From Polyangia bacterium (GTDB lineage: Bacteria > Myxococcota_A > Polyangia > JAAYKL01), in NCBI GenBank assembly GCA_050287845.1, contig JBNKCR010000007.1:30930-94929 (forward strand): 64,000 nucleotides of DNA, written 5' to 3'. Numbering within the stretch: position 1 is the stretch's first letter; the number at the start of each line of letters is the position of its first letter. Below the pieces are notes generated by a model, which was not told where the DNA came from, searched no databases, and saw only the letters and a list, made by a program, of their open reading frames with translations. The translations under genes were made by a program, and so were the position numbers. Shown here piece by piece: positions 39,696 to 50,758 of the stretch.

Positions 39696-40797
39696 ATGTA
39701 TGACGAAATATTAGAATCCGTTCACCCCATGCAGGCTAAACTTGAGAGCCTAAGGGGGTATCTTTGACCTCGCTAATAAGCAGGAACGTATTGAGGAACT
39801 GAATCATCTGGCGGGCCAGGAAGATTTTTGGAACGATAATGAGCGCGCACAGACTCTGTTAAAAGAGCGCAGTGAGCTTGAGAAGGTGGTCGGTGTGTTC
39901 CAGACCATTGAATCGGAAATCACCGATATAATCGAGCTGGTTGAACTCGCCAGAGAAGAGAACGAGCCGTCGGCTCTGGCTGAAGTACCTGCTCAACTGG
40001 CGTCGCTGGGCGCGAAGCTCGACCAGCTGGAACTGCGACGCATTCTCGATGATGAATTCGATGAATCCAATGCATATGTCTCCTTTTCTCCGGGCGCAGG
40101 TGGTGTGGATTCCGCCGACTGGGCAGAAATGCTCTTTCGGATGATCAGCCGATACGCTGAAAAAAAAGGATACAAAGTGGAACTGGTTCATCTGTCTCCC
40201 AACGAAGAGGCGGGCATCAAATCGGCAACCCTGCATATCAGCGGCGAATACGCGTACGGCTATCTGAAGAGTGAGCGGGGAATTCACAGACTCGTTCGCA
40301 TTTCGCCCTTCGATTCCAACGCCCGTCGACACACTTCGTTTGCCGCCATCGATGTCACGCCGGAGATTGATGATGACGTGGAAATCGAAATTAATGAAAA
40401 TGATCTTCGAATCGATACATATCGGGCCAGCGGCGCCGGCGGTCAGCACGTGAACACCACGGACTCCGCAGTTCGGATTACCCACATGCCCACCGGCATA
40501 GTCGTGCAGTGTCAGAACGAACGGTCTCAACATAAAAATAAGTCCCAGGCATTTAAGGTGTTGCGCTCCCGGCTCTATGAGCGTGAAATGCAGCTGCGAA
40601 GAGAGCAGAGTGAACAACGCAACGAAGACAAAAAGGAAATCGCCTGGGGGTCGCAGATTCGCTCTTATGTGCTTGCACCGTATCGACTGGTCAAAGACAC
40701 GCGAACCGGCATGGAAACCGGAAAAGTGGACGATGTCCTCGATGGTGACCTTCATCAGTTTGTAAAAGCCTACCTGCTGGCTACTGCCGAGGAGTAA
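39696..40797 (+). CDS. prfB: Peptide chain release factor 2, +1 programmed frameshift
   Basis: ATG 39696 reads ..LRGYL-TGA; +1 frame continues to SPF and GGQ motifs. Confidence 0.97.
39753..39768 (+). promoter_or_regulatory. prfB frameshift cassette
   Basis: AGGGGG-TAT-CTT-TGA-C: internal SD, slippery CTT and in-frame TGA. Confidence 0.96.
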
Positions 40798-40798
40798 C

Positions 40799-42307
40799 GT
40801 GGATTACTCGAGAATTGTTATTTACATCGTTTCCATGGTGGCATTGCTCATCTTCCTGAATATTGGGGGCTGGTTTTTTCTGGTGAAGCTCATCAATAAT
40901 CTTGGAAATCGTCTTAAATTTCATCAGTTTGTGGGCATCCGTCACCTGAAGGGTCGAAAAAGCGGTTCCCTGACCGCCATTGGTCTGCTCTCCATTGTAG
41001 GGGTGTCTTTTTCTTCCTGCACACTGACCACCGTACTCAGCGTGATGGGCGGATTTTCCAGTGACCTGAAGACCAAAATCATCAGCACCAACGCCCATAT
41101 CGTTGTGGATAATTTTGGAACGCCCATGGATGGCATTGCCAGAAATACGGATGCCGAAAACAGCCGGTTCGCCCATATCAGCAACTGGCGAAAGCTCCTT
41201 GCCGAAATTGAAACCCGTTCGGACATCCGGGCAGCGACCCCTGTGGTACAGGGAGAGGTGATGCTCAATGCCCGCACAAATAACAATGGCATGCTTCTTA
41301 AAGGGGTGGACACGCAGAGTCATCCGCGGGTCAGCAGTGTTCTGAAGCGACTCGACAAGGGAAAGCTCAGATATATCGATCACCCCAACGAACTGTTTCA
41401 GCTGAGCCGAGGTCAGGCAGCTTCGCCTTTTTCAAAATCCGGAAACAAGGTCGAAAAGAAACCGGAGCCCCACGAGCCGGATCCGTCTTTCATCCCTTCC
41501 CCGGTGCTTCCCGGACAACGGGTGCTGCCAGCGCTCATCGTGGGACGCGAAATGGCAAAGGCACTGCGTCTATACGTGGGCGAAGAGGTAAAAGTAGTCT
41601 CGCCCCTGGGAGACATCGGCCCTACCGGTCCCATCCCCAAAAGTCGCCCGTTCCGCATTGGCGGTACTTTTTTTTCGGGCATGTACGCGTTTGACGAGCA
41701 CTATGCCTACACCTCCATCAAAGCTGCACAGAAGTTCCTGAATACCGGAGACAAAATCAGCGAAATCCACATTTCCATTCCAAATCCGGACAACGCCGGT
41801 CAGGTCGCCGGCCAGATTGCAAAAGATCTTGGAAACCGGGTCCGGGTTCGCTCATGGCAGGAACTGAATTCTCAATTGTTCAGTGCACTGAAGCTTGAAA
41901 AAATCGTGATGTTCATCCTGATGTCCATTGCGATCCTGGTTGCTTCGTTCTCAATCATTGCCACACTGACCATGCTGGTGCTCGAAAAAGGACCGGAAAT
42001 TTCGGTGCTGATGACCATCGGCGCCTCCCGGGAAGACGTCCAGCGGATATTCAGATTTGAAGGAATGCTCATTGGCGCCATCGGTACGTTTTCAGGGCTG
42101 CTCGTTGGATTTCTTCTATGCATGACGCTCAAGCATGTGGGGCTCCCCATCCCTCCGGAAGTCTGGTACATTGACAAACTGCCGGTGGACATCTCTACTA
42201 CAGAATTTTTCTTTGTCGGGGTTACGTCGTTCATCATTACCACCATTGCAACCATTTATCCCACACGGGTTGCATCGGGTATTACGCCAGTGGAAGGGTT
42301 GAAATAA
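40799..42307 (+). CDS. Lipoprotein-releasing ABC transporter permease (LolC/E family)
   Basis: [39 protein letters not shown]. Confidence 0.9.
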   Translation: MDYSRIVIYIVSMVALLIFLNIGGWFFLVKLINNLGNRLKFHQFVGIRHLKGRKSGSLTAIGLLSIVGVSFSSCTLTTVLSVMGGFSSDLKTKIISTNAHIVVDNFGTPMDGIARNTDAENSRFAHISNWRKLLAEIETRSDIRAATPVVQGEVMLNARTNNNGMLLKGVDTQSHPRVSSVLKRLDKGKLRYIDHPNELFQLSRGQAASPFSKSGNKVEKKPEPHEPDPSFIPSPVLPGQRVLPALIVGREMAKALRLYVGEEVKVVSPLGDIGPTGPIPKSRPFRIGGTFFSGMYAFDEHYAYTSIKAAQKFLNTGDKISEIHISIPNPDNAGQVAGQIAKDLGNRVRVRSWQELNSQLFSALKLEKIVMFILMSIAILVASFSIIATLTMLVLEKGPEISVLMTIGASREDVQRIFRFEGMLIGAIGTFSGLLVGFLLCMTLKHVGLPIPPEVWYIDKLPVDISTTEFFFVGVTSFIITTIATIYPTRVASGITPVEGLK

Positions 42308-42996
42308 TGTCGCAGGATTTACTGTTGGATATCACGAATCTGACCAAGGAATATGAACACCGTGGCAAAATCATTCATGTGCTCGACGAACTTGAACTTA
42401 AGGTGAAAAAAGGGGAGATGTGTGCCATCGTCGGAGCATCCGGGGTGGGTAAGTCCACGTTTCTCAATGTGGTGGGCACCCTGGATGCCCCCACCCGGGG
42501 ACAGATTCGCGTCGGTGGACAGGATATTACCCGCCTCTCGCCCCAGAAACTCTCCAATTTCCGCAACCGAACCATCGGATTTGTGTTTCAGTTTCATTAT
42601 CTGCTGCCGGAATTCACGGCCCTGGAGAACGTCATGATGCCCGGAATGATTCAGCGCGCCGATCGGGTAACGCTGAAAAAGGAAGCGGAGATGATGCTTG
42701 AAGAGGTGGGACTCTCCCATCGCCTGACCCACAAGCCGGGAGAACTGTCCGGTGGCGAACAGCAACGGGTCGCCCTGGCCAGAGCCCTGGTGCTGCGCCC
42801 ACCGCTTCTGCTAGCGGACGAACCCACCGGAAATCTGGACGGCCAGACGGCGGCCGGTATCCACCAGCTGTTTTTTGACATGAATCGCAAATACAACACA
42901 TCCATGCTCATGGTTACCCATAACCTGGACCTGGCCAGTCGAATGCCCCGTACTCTGGAATTGAGAGAAGGAAAGGTGTTCGACTACACCAAATAG
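42307..42996 (+). CDS. lolD: Lipoprotein-releasing ABC transporter ATPase
   Basis: [36 protein letters not shown]. Confidence 0.9.
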   Translation: MSQDLLLDITNLTKEYEHRGKIIHVLDELELKVKKGEMCAIVGASGVGKSTFLNVVGTLDAPTRGQIRVGGQDITRLSPQKLSNFRNRTIGFVFQFHYLLPEFTALENVMMPGMIQRADRVTLKKEAEMMLEEVGLSHRLTHKPGELSGGEQQRVALARALVLRPPLLLADEPTGNLDGQTAAGIHQLFFDMNRKYNTSMLMVTHNLDLASRMPRTLELREGKVFDYTK

Positions 42997-43013
42997 GAAC
43001 TTTACGCTGTCCC

Positions 43014-45416
43014 ATGACCGTTACCTCCAAAACCCTGTACGATCTGGAATGGTCCAAATTTCTGGACCGGGTTGCCGGCCGCGCGGCAAACGACCAATCC
43101 GCGGCCCTATGTAAAAAAATACCATTTTTAGGCGAATCGGAAGCCTGGCATCAGATGGCGCTGGTTCAGGAATTCATCCGCTGCATCGACGATGACGATC
43201 CCCCACCCCTGCTCCAGGCCGAAGAGGTAACTGAAGCCCTGCTCCACATGGCATCGGATGGTGAGGTGCCCCGCGATGTGCTGATAGCGGTGGCCACCAA
43301 CCTGAAATTATTCGTCTCGCTTCACCGATATCTGGACAACCGGAAAGACATCTGTCCCCTCAACGCCCATACAGTTCTACCTGCGGAAAGCCCAATTTCG
43401 CCCATTTCGCTGGCGAGACTCGCTGCAGAAATCGAATCCACTTTTGAGCCGGACGGCAGTATTTCAGACTCGGCGAGCCAGGAACTGTATCGCCTGCGCA
43501 AAAGAGCCACCTCCCTTCGCCAGACACTTCTTGTTCGCATGGAGCAGATTGCCGAAGTCCATACGGACGTCATTCGGGATAAAACCATTACCATGCGAAA
43601 TGAGCGTTACGTGATTCCGGTAAGGACCGATGCACATCATCCCATTCGGGGGATTGTGCATGGCAGTTCGAGTTCCGGCGCAACCATGTTCATCGAGCCA
43701 ACGGAACTGGTGGAACAGGGAAATGAACTTACACTTGCCCGGGAGGAGATCGTCCGGGAAGAAAACCGGATTCTGGAAGCGCTGCGTTCCATGGTCCGGC
43801 TTCAGCTCGATGAGGTGAGGTATGCCTGTCAATCCATCGTGCAGACGGAATGCGTTATCGCCAAGGCCCGGCTATGCTGGGATATCAATGCGGTGATTCC
43901 CATCCGGAAGTCTCCGGGAACCCTCAAGTTGTTTCATGCCCGGCATCCGCTTCTGTTGCTGGACAACATTCAGGTGGTCCCCAATGACATCACCGTTCAA
44001 CCGGGGACTACGCTGCTGATCTCCGGGCCCAACGCCGGGGGGAAAACGGTTGTTCTGAAAACCGCCGGCATTCTGGCACTGATGCTCAAGGCGGGATTTC
44101 CCATCTCGGTGTCACCGGATTCCGAAGTGGGTATCCCCGACGAAGTACTGTCAGATATTGGAGATGACCAGTCGTTGTCTGCCCATCTATCCACATTTTC
44201 TGCGCATATGAAAAACATCGCCGAAATACTTCAGTATGCGCAGCAGGGCAGCCTTGTTCTGCTCGATGAACTGTCCGCAGGAACAGATCCACTGGAAGGA
44301 ACATCACTGGCCCAGGCGCTACTCGATCGGTTCAATCAGATTCGATCGGCCACCCTGGCCACCACTCACTTCGATACCCTGAAAGAATACGCGCGAAGTA
44401 ACGACCACTTTATCAGTGCCGGCATGGGCTACAACGCGCTACAGAACATTCCAGACTACAAACTGACAGCTGGCACCACCGGTTACTCCAGTGCCCTCGC
44501 CACCGCCCGACAATACGGCATTCCCCAGTCGGTCATTGATACGGCCAGAAAGTTGCTGCCCAGGGAGGTGCAGAAACTGGGCGATGCCCGCCAGGCCCTG
44601 GAAGAGGAACGGTGCCATTGGGCCAGCGAGCGCGAGCAACTGGCCGCACAGCTCGCCGAAACGGCCAGGGCAAAAGAGAAATACGAGGAGAAACGGAGAG
44701 CCATCTCCAAACAGGAGCGGCAGTTCATCAACCGGGAACAGGAAGCGCTCTGGTCTTCCATTCGCAGCGCCAGGGATACTATCCGGGAAGCCGAAAAAAG
44801 TATTAAACGTCGCCGAAACGACGCCAATCTCGTCACTGCCAAACGTCGGGAGGTAAACGAAATCGCTGCCAGGCTTGCCCCCGGGGAATCGTTCAGCAAC
44901 GTCACACTGGACGACCTTCCCGGTCGCCCGGCTACAGCTGAAGACATTACGCCCGGCACAAAAATCCACGTTGTCTCCACCCGCAAAGATGGCCTGATTG
45001 ATTCCCACTTGAAGGGCAATACCACCTATATAAAAATTGGCGCTATTCGAATGCGGGCCGCCATTGCCGATTTGCGGGTGATATCCGATCGGAAATCTAC
45101 CTCCCGAAAGGATGCAGCCCCCAGAAGACCCATCAATGCGCCCCCTATTCTGACAAGCGACGCGGTACGCACCACAGATAATACCCTCGATTTACGCGGC
45201 GATCGGATGGATGAAGCCGTCAGAAAAACAGACCAGTTTCTGGACAATGCGCTGCTCACCCACACCGATGTGGTGTATATCCTTACCGGCCACGGCACCG
45301 GCGCATTGATGTCCGGCATCCGGAAATATCTTGAAAACTCTCCATATGTCGCATCATTCCGGTCGGGGACCAAAGAGGAAGGCGGAGATGCCGTCACAGC
45401 TGTGTGGATGAGATAG
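43014..45416 (+). CDS. mutS2: MutS2 family protein with Smr domain
   Basis: GIVHG.SSSGAT.FIEP, GPNAGGKT, DIGDDQS..LSTFS, LLDEL, C-terminal LDLRG..GHGTG. Confidence 0.95.
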   Translation: MTVTSKTLYDLEWSKFLDRVAGRAANDQSAALCKKIPFLGESEAWHQMALVQEFIRCIDDDDPPPLLQAEEVTEALLHMASDGEVPRDVLIAVATNLKLFVSLHRYLDNRKDICPLNAHTVLPAESPISPISLARLAAEIESTFEPDGSISDSASQELYRLRKRATSLRQTLLVRMEQIAEVHTDVIRDKTITMRNERYVIPVRTDAHHPIRGIVHGSSSSGATMFIEPTELVEQGNELTLAREEIVREENRILEALRSMVRLQLDEVRYACQSIVQTECVIAKARLCWDINAVIPIRKSPGTLKLFHARHPLLLLDNIQVVPNDITVQPGTTLLISGPNAGGKTVVLKTAGILALMLKAGFPISVSPDSEVGIPDEVLSDIGDDQSLSAHLSTFSAHMKNIAEILQYAQQGSLVLLDELSAGTDPLEGTSLAQALLDRFNQIRSATLATTHFDTLKEYARSNDHFISAGMGYNALQNIPDYKLTAGTTGYSSALATARQYGIPQSVIDTARKLLPREVQKLGDARQALEEERCHWASEREQLAAQLAETARAKEKYEEKRRAISKQERQFINREQEALWSSIRSARDTIREAEKSIKRRRNDANLVTAKRREVNEIAARLAPGESFSNVTLDDLPGRPATAEDITPGTKIHVVSTRKDGLIDSHLKGNTTYIKIGAIRMRAAIADLRVISDRKSTSRKDAAPRRPINAPPILTSDAVRTTDNTLDLRGDRMDEAVRKTDQFLDNALLTHTDVVYILTGHGTGALMSGIRKYLENSPYVASFRSGTKEEGGDAVTAVWMR

Positions 45417-45423
45417 ACCCGGT

Positions 45424-46086
45424 TCAGGAACCCATTTTGGGAATATCGCCACAGGGACTCCGCTCCTCATAGCATCCGTCCCCTTCTTCTTCGTCGAGCA
45501 AATCGAGTTCCGCCAGTTCCTCATCTTCAACGTCCCGGACGAATGCCGAAAGCATCTTTCGAATGGCGTCCGCCCGATCGGTGGTTGCGGGGCTGGCGGC
45601 GTAAACGGTTGCCAGACCGGACCAGCATTTCTTCCACATTGGTCTGCCCGTATCTTCATCATCCATTCTGGAAAGCAAAAACCAGCACGCCCGCTTGAAA
45701 CGGCGATACCGTTTCTGCGCCAGCAGAATCTCACTCAGTCTATCAAAAGCAGATTCACACCTGGGATTATTGCGCAACGCGCGAAGATAATATCGAATTG
45801 CAACATTGGGTCTTTTCAACTTGTGCAGTGAAATCTCACCGGCCACACTGTAATAGGACGCGCGGGCTCGGGCATCGTGCTGTACGGCTTTTCCATCAAT
45901 ATCTTTCAGAACGGTCCTGGCCGTGACCGGAGAATCCGCCTTGCGGAGCATTTCTTCCAGTTCAGGATTGGTTTTAGGTCGACGTTCTCTCCACGGCCTC
46001 CTTGCAAGGATATATCCTCTCACCAATTGAAACAGAAAAAAAAGCACGCTCAGTGCTGCAGCGATAACAAGTAGTTTTTCTTTCAT
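45424..46086 (-). CDS. Hypothetical membrane-anchored TPR-like protein
   Basis: N-terminal TM, AIRYYLRALRNNP TPR-like helix; start 46086 or 46107. Confidence 0.65.
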   Translation of the reverse strand: MKEKLLVIAAALSVLFFLFQLVRGYILARRPWRERRPKTNPELEEMLRKADSPVTARTVLKDIDGKAVQHDARARASYYSVAGEISLHKLKRPNVAIRYYLRALRNNPRCESAFDRLSEILLAQKRYRRFKRACWFLLSRMDDEDTGRPMWKKCWSGLATVYAASPATTDRADAIRKMLSAFVRDVEDEELAELDLLDEEEGDGCYEERSPCGDIPKMGS

Positions 46087-46305
46087 AGATTCATAATAGT
46101 GCCCCACCTGCTGCAGTCAATAACGATGTTCCTTTAAACCACTACCAAACCGCAATTCACCGGTCCCGGAGATGGAATCCCCACGAAACCGTGAATTTTT
46201 ATTATGGGGTGCCCGGGATCCCAACAATATCGAAAATATTCATCCGTCGTTCCGGAGTTGTGCGCAATGATTCACCGCGCGACACATTATCGGAGCAAAC
46301 GGTAT

Positions 46306-47241
46306 CTACTGAAAACGGGTTCCTTCTGAAAATCTCATCCCGGTAAAAAACTGCCGGGCGTTCAACTGCTTTTTACCGGGCATCTGCAGCGACGTCAATC
46401 GCAGCGTCCCCTCGCCACACACCACATCAATTCCGTCCGGTGTATGAGCGAGTACTGTACCGCATTCAACGCAAGCTGGAGAAGCGACATCCCTCCGATC
46501 CGCGCTGTGAACCTTCACCGATTTTCCTTCCCAGATAAAATAGGTGCCTGGCCAGGGATGCATCCCCCGAACCTGGCACTCCAATTCCCAGGCGGACTTC
46601 AACCAGTTCAGTTGGCCGTCGGCTTTCGTCATGATGGGTGCGAATGTCGCCTCCGCATCATTTTGCGGCGATGGCACAATACTATCAATCTGCTTCAGCA
46701 CTTCCAGCAACGTCTGGGCTCCAAGCTCAGAAAGAACTTGTGTCAGTTCGCCGGCAGTCTGCCGTCGAATGGCAACTTTACGCGCAGCATACACATCCCC
46801 CGCATCCAGCGCTTCAACGGTTTTCATGATGGAGACGCCTGTTTCCATTTCACCGTTAATAATCGCCCAGTTAACAGGGGCCGCCCCCCGATATCGTGGC
46901 AGCAGCGACGCATGCACATTCAAGCACCCATAGCGAGGTGTCTCAATCAGACTGCGTCCCAGCAGTCGTCCAAACGCCGCCGTTACCAGAACATCCGGGG
47001 TATACTCGGCGATGGTCGACGCAAAACGCTTTCCCTTCACCACCGACGGCCCGATAACCGTCAGTCCCAATTCCAGCGCCCGTGTTTTCACCGGGCTGAA
47101 CGCCAGCTTCTTCCCACGCCCCTGACGTTTGTCCGGTTGGGTAATCACAAGCCGCAAATCAGTCTCCCGAGCCAGCATTTCGAGGGTGGGAACGGCAAAA
47201 TCGGGAGTCCCCATGAAGATGGTTCGAAGCGCTCCTTTCAT
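46306..47241 (-). CDS. fmt: Methionyl-tRNA formyltransferase
   Basis: IFMGTPDFA, TQPDK, NVHASLLPRYRGAAP. Confidence 0.97.
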   Translation of the reverse strand: MKGALRTIFMGTPDFAVPTLEMLARETDLRLVITQPDKRQGRGKKLAFSPVKTRALELGLTVIGPSVVKGKRFASTIAEYTPDVLVTAAFGRLLGRSLIETPRYGCLNVHASLLPRYRGAAPVNWAIINGEMETGVSIMKTVEALDAGDVYAARKVAIRRQTAGELTQVLSELGAQTLLEVLKQIDSIVPSPQNDAEATFAPIMTKADGQLNWLKSAWELECQVRGMHPWPGTYFIWEGKSVKVHSADRRDVASPACVECGTVLAHTPDGIDVVCGEGTLRLTSLQMPGKKQLNARQFFTGMRFSEGTRFQ

Positions 47242-47759
47242 TGTGCACTTTGCCGGGCTTTTTTGATCTTCTGTAAATCCTTCAGCATCATTTTCTTGCG
47301 CAGGTAGCCCACCTTATCCGCCAACGAAACGCCATTCAAATGATCCAGCTCATGCTGAACGGCGACTGCGAAAAGACCTTCCGCCTCAATTTCAAAAAAA
47401 TTTCCTTCCACGTCCTGAGCACGAACGGTAACCTTTCGACTGCGGATTACATTCACGAGAATGTCGGGGAAGCTGAGACAGCCTTCTTCCCATTCGATCT
47501 CTCCGTCCCGGGCAATAATTTTTGGGTTCACAAATACATGTAAATCGCTCTCCTCGTCTTCTGCCACATCAATAACGCAGACCTGTGCATCGACGTTGAC
47601 CTGATTTGCAGCCAGCCCTACGCCCGGCGCAGCATACATCGTTTCTGCCATATCCTCAGCCAGGGTCTTCAACTCTTCATCAAATTTCTCCACCTGCTGA
47701 CATTTGCGCTTTAAAATATCTGCAGGATAAATAACAATTTCTCTAACCGCCATAGCCAT
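47238..47759 (-). CDS. def: Peptide deformylase
   Basis: GVGLAANQ, EGCLS, QHELDHL. Confidence 0.97.
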   Translation of the reverse strand: MAMAVREIVIYPADILKRKCQQVEKFDEELKTLAEDMAETMYAAPGVGLAANQVNVDAQVCVIDVAEDEESDLHVFVNPKIIARDGEIEWEEGCLSFPDILVNVIRSRKVTVRAQDVEGNFFEIEAEGLFAVAVQHELDHLNGVSLADKVGYLRKKMMLKDLQKIKKARQSAQ

Positions 47760-47764
47760 TCATC

Positions 47765-50041
47765 CTATTCTATCGAATGCATCTCCAAAAAAGCCTTCCG
47801 ATAATGCTCTCTAATTTCATCGTCCATCAACACTTCTTCTGTTTCCAACAGAATCTCTTCAATCATGTTGATTTTTACCATTAATTCGGACGCACCTTTG
47901 CTACGAAATTTTTCCGGAGAATAAATGTTTTTCAATCGCTGTAAAGACTGTTTTATTTCAAAAGGTGACGCCTCGGGGCTTACTTCGGCGATATCAAAAT
48001 AACTCCCGCCGTATACCTGTGCCAACTTATCTTCCAGAAAGGACGCGTCTGCAAAAATCACCTGTGGTGGAGGAGCATCTTGCGGAGGGGCGGCCATCAC
48101 CGAATCCGCTGGCATAGCCATCTCTGCTGCTTCCGATACGTCATGGCCCGATGACACAGATACGGAATCACCAATACCGGAAACAGACTGGATGACCTTC
48201 AGCACAACCAGACCTGCTGCCAGTGAACGTAAGTCTGCCGGGTCGATGTTCAAATGAGCGGCCAGCCACGATAAACTTTTCCGGCCATCGCACCACTCTA
48301 TAAATTCCCTCTCCAGAGGGGTCAATGGAAGACTGTCTAAAAAATCTTCAGATACAATTCCGCGACGGAGGACCATGGATGAATCCACTATCGACCCAAC
48401 ATATTCTGATGGTACAACCGAGCGAAATGCTTCCAGAATCAAGGAATGAACTGGCACGTCCAGAACGATACGCTCCTTCAGATCGTACGGTGAAAAAAGA
48501 GCTTTCCATTCGCCATCCATCCATTTCAGAGTATCGTAAAACATCGTCTCATAATGGTATCTGACCACAGGAAACAGTTCTCTTGAAGAGATGATCCCCT
48601 TTTCCACCATAATAACGCCAGCGCGTCTCCCACTGGCAGCAACAGTCGACGACGCACTCTGATATTGCGTTTCGGATATTCTTCCTTCGCGAAACAACAA
48701 CTCCACCAATCGGTCCTCCCTGGCGTTGGAGTTCACTACCATCAATTCTCCACGATCAAAATAGAATTGGCGCTCCACTCTATTGCGCAGAACCGAAATG
48801 ACTCCGGAAAACCTACTTTCCATTGCAACCGAGATGACCCACCAGAAAGGCTTGTCTTTCAGGATTCCAGCAATGGGTAACTCAATATTCTTCTCTATGA
48901 GTTCTTTTCTTGCACCATCTCCTTGCGGAAATAAAACGCTGCCGTGTTCCTCTGACGTCAAACTGGAAACGGACAACATTTCGTCTGTTTCCTGAGCGAA
49001 CGACCTATCAAATTGCGAAATTGTCTCCTGATTGGAAGTGTGTCGCTGTACATTTTTCTGAGTTTCACTGCTCCCACGTATCCTGTTGGCCGCCGGCAAA
49101 AATGTACGGCGACTACCGTGATTTGTGGTTGCGTTGAATTGTTCTACAGAGAATGGTTGTGAAAGTGTATCCCCATGTCGATTGGAAACACTGGATTGTA
49201 CCGCAGCGGATTTCAGTTCGCCCCTGGGCAATACATCCGTATCCGCCGTCTCCAAAAAACTTTCCTCTGTACTTCCCGACTTGCGCACCTCCGAGTGTAT
49301 CGAATAATGGAATGTAGAAGGTGCGGTGGGCTCCTTTTTCGACACTTTGACACCCCCTCGGGGTGTATCCGCAGTCAAATCTCTGCGGTGCATGTCTATT
49401 CTTTCACCCACCGACAGTTGCTGGTCGATATACCCCTGAGGATCCACCGATTCTAATCCTTCCGGAATTTCCAAGGCAGTTTGACCACTGGACTGACTCT
49501 GAATCACTTTTTCGATGTCCTGAATCAGCGATTGCAAAGACTGCGATTCGGAAAGTACCCGATCGTGATCAAGTGGTGTGATTTTTTCTTTCCCACTGAC
49601 CAATCCAGCAGCATACTGCATTGCGAAATAGAAGGGATTTTCATTTTCCGTCCGCTTATGAAACACGCCCGAATGACTTGAATCACTCAACCCCATCAAT
49701 AACTCGATCTTCTCCAGAAATTTTGCATCCGATTCTGATGTGCCGAAAAAAGCATCAGCACCAAGTTTAAATAGTTCTTCGTGTGTTCTTTTTGATGTAA
49801 TGACCAGTAAAGGTAGCTCAGATGCCAGAGGATTGCTTCTCACCTCGCCGATAAACCGTTCCATATCGGGAAGTGTATCGCTCAATACACAAAGCTTGAT
49901 ATTCTCATGCTCGACAAGCGCTGACGCAATCGCAACCGATTCCGCAATCTGAATAAAATAATTTGTTCTCTGCGATTCGAACAGTTCTCGGATTCGTTGC
50001 GGTACGCCGACAAGCAATATTTTTGAATGTTGTTCATTCAT
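47765..50041 (-). CDS. Receiver-like + DUF4388-like + degenerate J-domain protein
   Basis: LPLLVIT..LGADAF receiver-like N-terminus; FSGVI..FYFDRG..DRLVELL..G; YFDI..V...AS..EIK..YSPEKF..L.D...R..Y. Confidence 0.65.
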   Translation of the reverse strand: MNEQHSKILLVGVPQRIRELFESQRTNYFIQIAESVAIASALVEHENIKLCVLSDTLPDMERFIGEVRSNPLASELPLLVITSKRTHEELFKLGADAFFGTSESDAKFLEKIELLMGLSDSSHSGVFHKRTENENPFYFAMQYAAGLVSGKEKITPLDHDRVLSESQSLQSLIQDIEKVIQSQSSGQTALEIPEGLESVDPQGYIDQQLSVGERIDMHRRDLTADTPRGGVKVSKKEPTAPSTFHYSIHSEVRKSGSTEESFLETADTDVLPRGELKSAAVQSSVSNRHGDTLSQPFSVEQFNATTNHGSRRTFLPAANRIRGSSETQKNVQRHTSNQETISQFDRSFAQETDEMLSVSSLTSEEHGSVLFPQGDGARKELIEKNIELPIAGILKDKPFWWVISVAMESRFSGVISVLRNRVERQFYFDRGELMVVNSNAREDRLVELLFREGRISETQYQSASSTVAASGRRAGVIMVEKGIISSRELFPVVRYHYETMFYDTLKWMDGEWKALFSPYDLKERIVLDVPVHSLILEAFRSVVPSEYVGSIVDSSMVLRRGIVSEDFLDSLPLTPLEREFIEWCDGRKSLSWLAAHLNIDPADLRSLAAGLVVLKVIQSVSGIGDSVSVSSGHDVSEAAEMAMPADSVMAAPPQDAPPPQVIFADASFLEDKLAQVYGGSYFDIAEVSPEASPFEIKQSLQRLKNIYSPEKFRSKGASELMVKINMIEEILLETEEVLMDDEIREHYRKAFLEMHSIE

Positions 50042-50048
50042 CAACAGA

Positions 50049-50077
50049 AGAATACGGTTTCATCTGACAACCGTCAA
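50049..50077 (-). promoter_or_regulatory. Putative sigma70-type promoter
   Basis: Minus strand TTGACG-17 nt-TATTCT, 7 nt before ATG 50041. Confidence 0.55.
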
Positions 50078-50310
50078 ATAGAGAAAGAGATTCACTGGGC
50101 TGTTTTCGTCTCGTCCAGCATATCGAGCAAACAGTCTGTTTCGAATTCCATGGCGTGTACAGAATCAACGAAAAGGCGTTCGCACATAATGTCTATTCTC
50201 CAGAGCGACGCCAAGGAGACGCTGAGCGTCCTTTGCGGTTGAAAACACATCCATTCCTGAAGAATGAACAATCTGGTTGAGAAGCTTAACTGGTGAAGAT
50301 AGAGTTATTT

Positions 50311-50748
50311 TTATACGAGCTGGATTCGTGCAAGGGGTGCACAATCGCCCTTACGAGTACCAATGCGAGTGACTCTCGTGTACCCTCCAGGACGATCCTT
50401 GTAACGGGGGACAAGTTCATCGAAAAGCTTGGATACCAGATCCACTGGCGCATTCGATTCCAAGCCATCTTCGTATTTTTGCGGTAAAAATTTTGTTACC
50501 ATCTTTTTCAGATGAAATTGCTTCAGCTTTTCTTCCTGTGAAAGTTGTTCGCTGCTTTTACCTGCACTATCCTGCGCTTTAGAAGCCTGAGTGATGAGCT
50601 TCTCAACAATCCCTCGCAATTCCTTTGCTTTCGCCTGCGTCGTATCGATTTCCTCGTGCAGAATCAACGCAGCTGCCAAATTGCGGAACATGGCTCTACG
50701 ATGACTGGAATTACGACCTAATTTTCGTCCTGATTTACGATGTCTCAT
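50311..50748 (-). CDS. rplQ: 50S ribosomal protein L17
   Basis: [31 protein letters not shown]. Confidence 0.97.
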   Translation of the reverse strand: MRHRKSGRKLGRNSSHRRAMFRNLAAALILHEEIDTTQAKAKELRGIVEKLITQASKAQDSAGKSSEQLSQEEKLKQFHLKKMVTKFLPQKYEDGLESNAPVDLVSKLFDELVPRYKDRPGGYTRVTRIGTRKGDCAPLARIQLV

Positions 50749-50758
50749 TTTATTTTCC

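Noticed and set aside
39205..39714. 169-aa ORF upstream of prfB
   Set aside because: No motif, overlaps the prfB start and putative promoter, and competes with other equally weak frames.
39886..40797. RF2 as an N-terminally truncated pseudogene
   Set aside because: Explained by the canonical programmed frameshift at 39762-39768.
50212..50235. Hairpin downstream of rplQ as an intrinsic terminator
   Set aside because: Stem is imperfect and no U tract follows on the minus strand.
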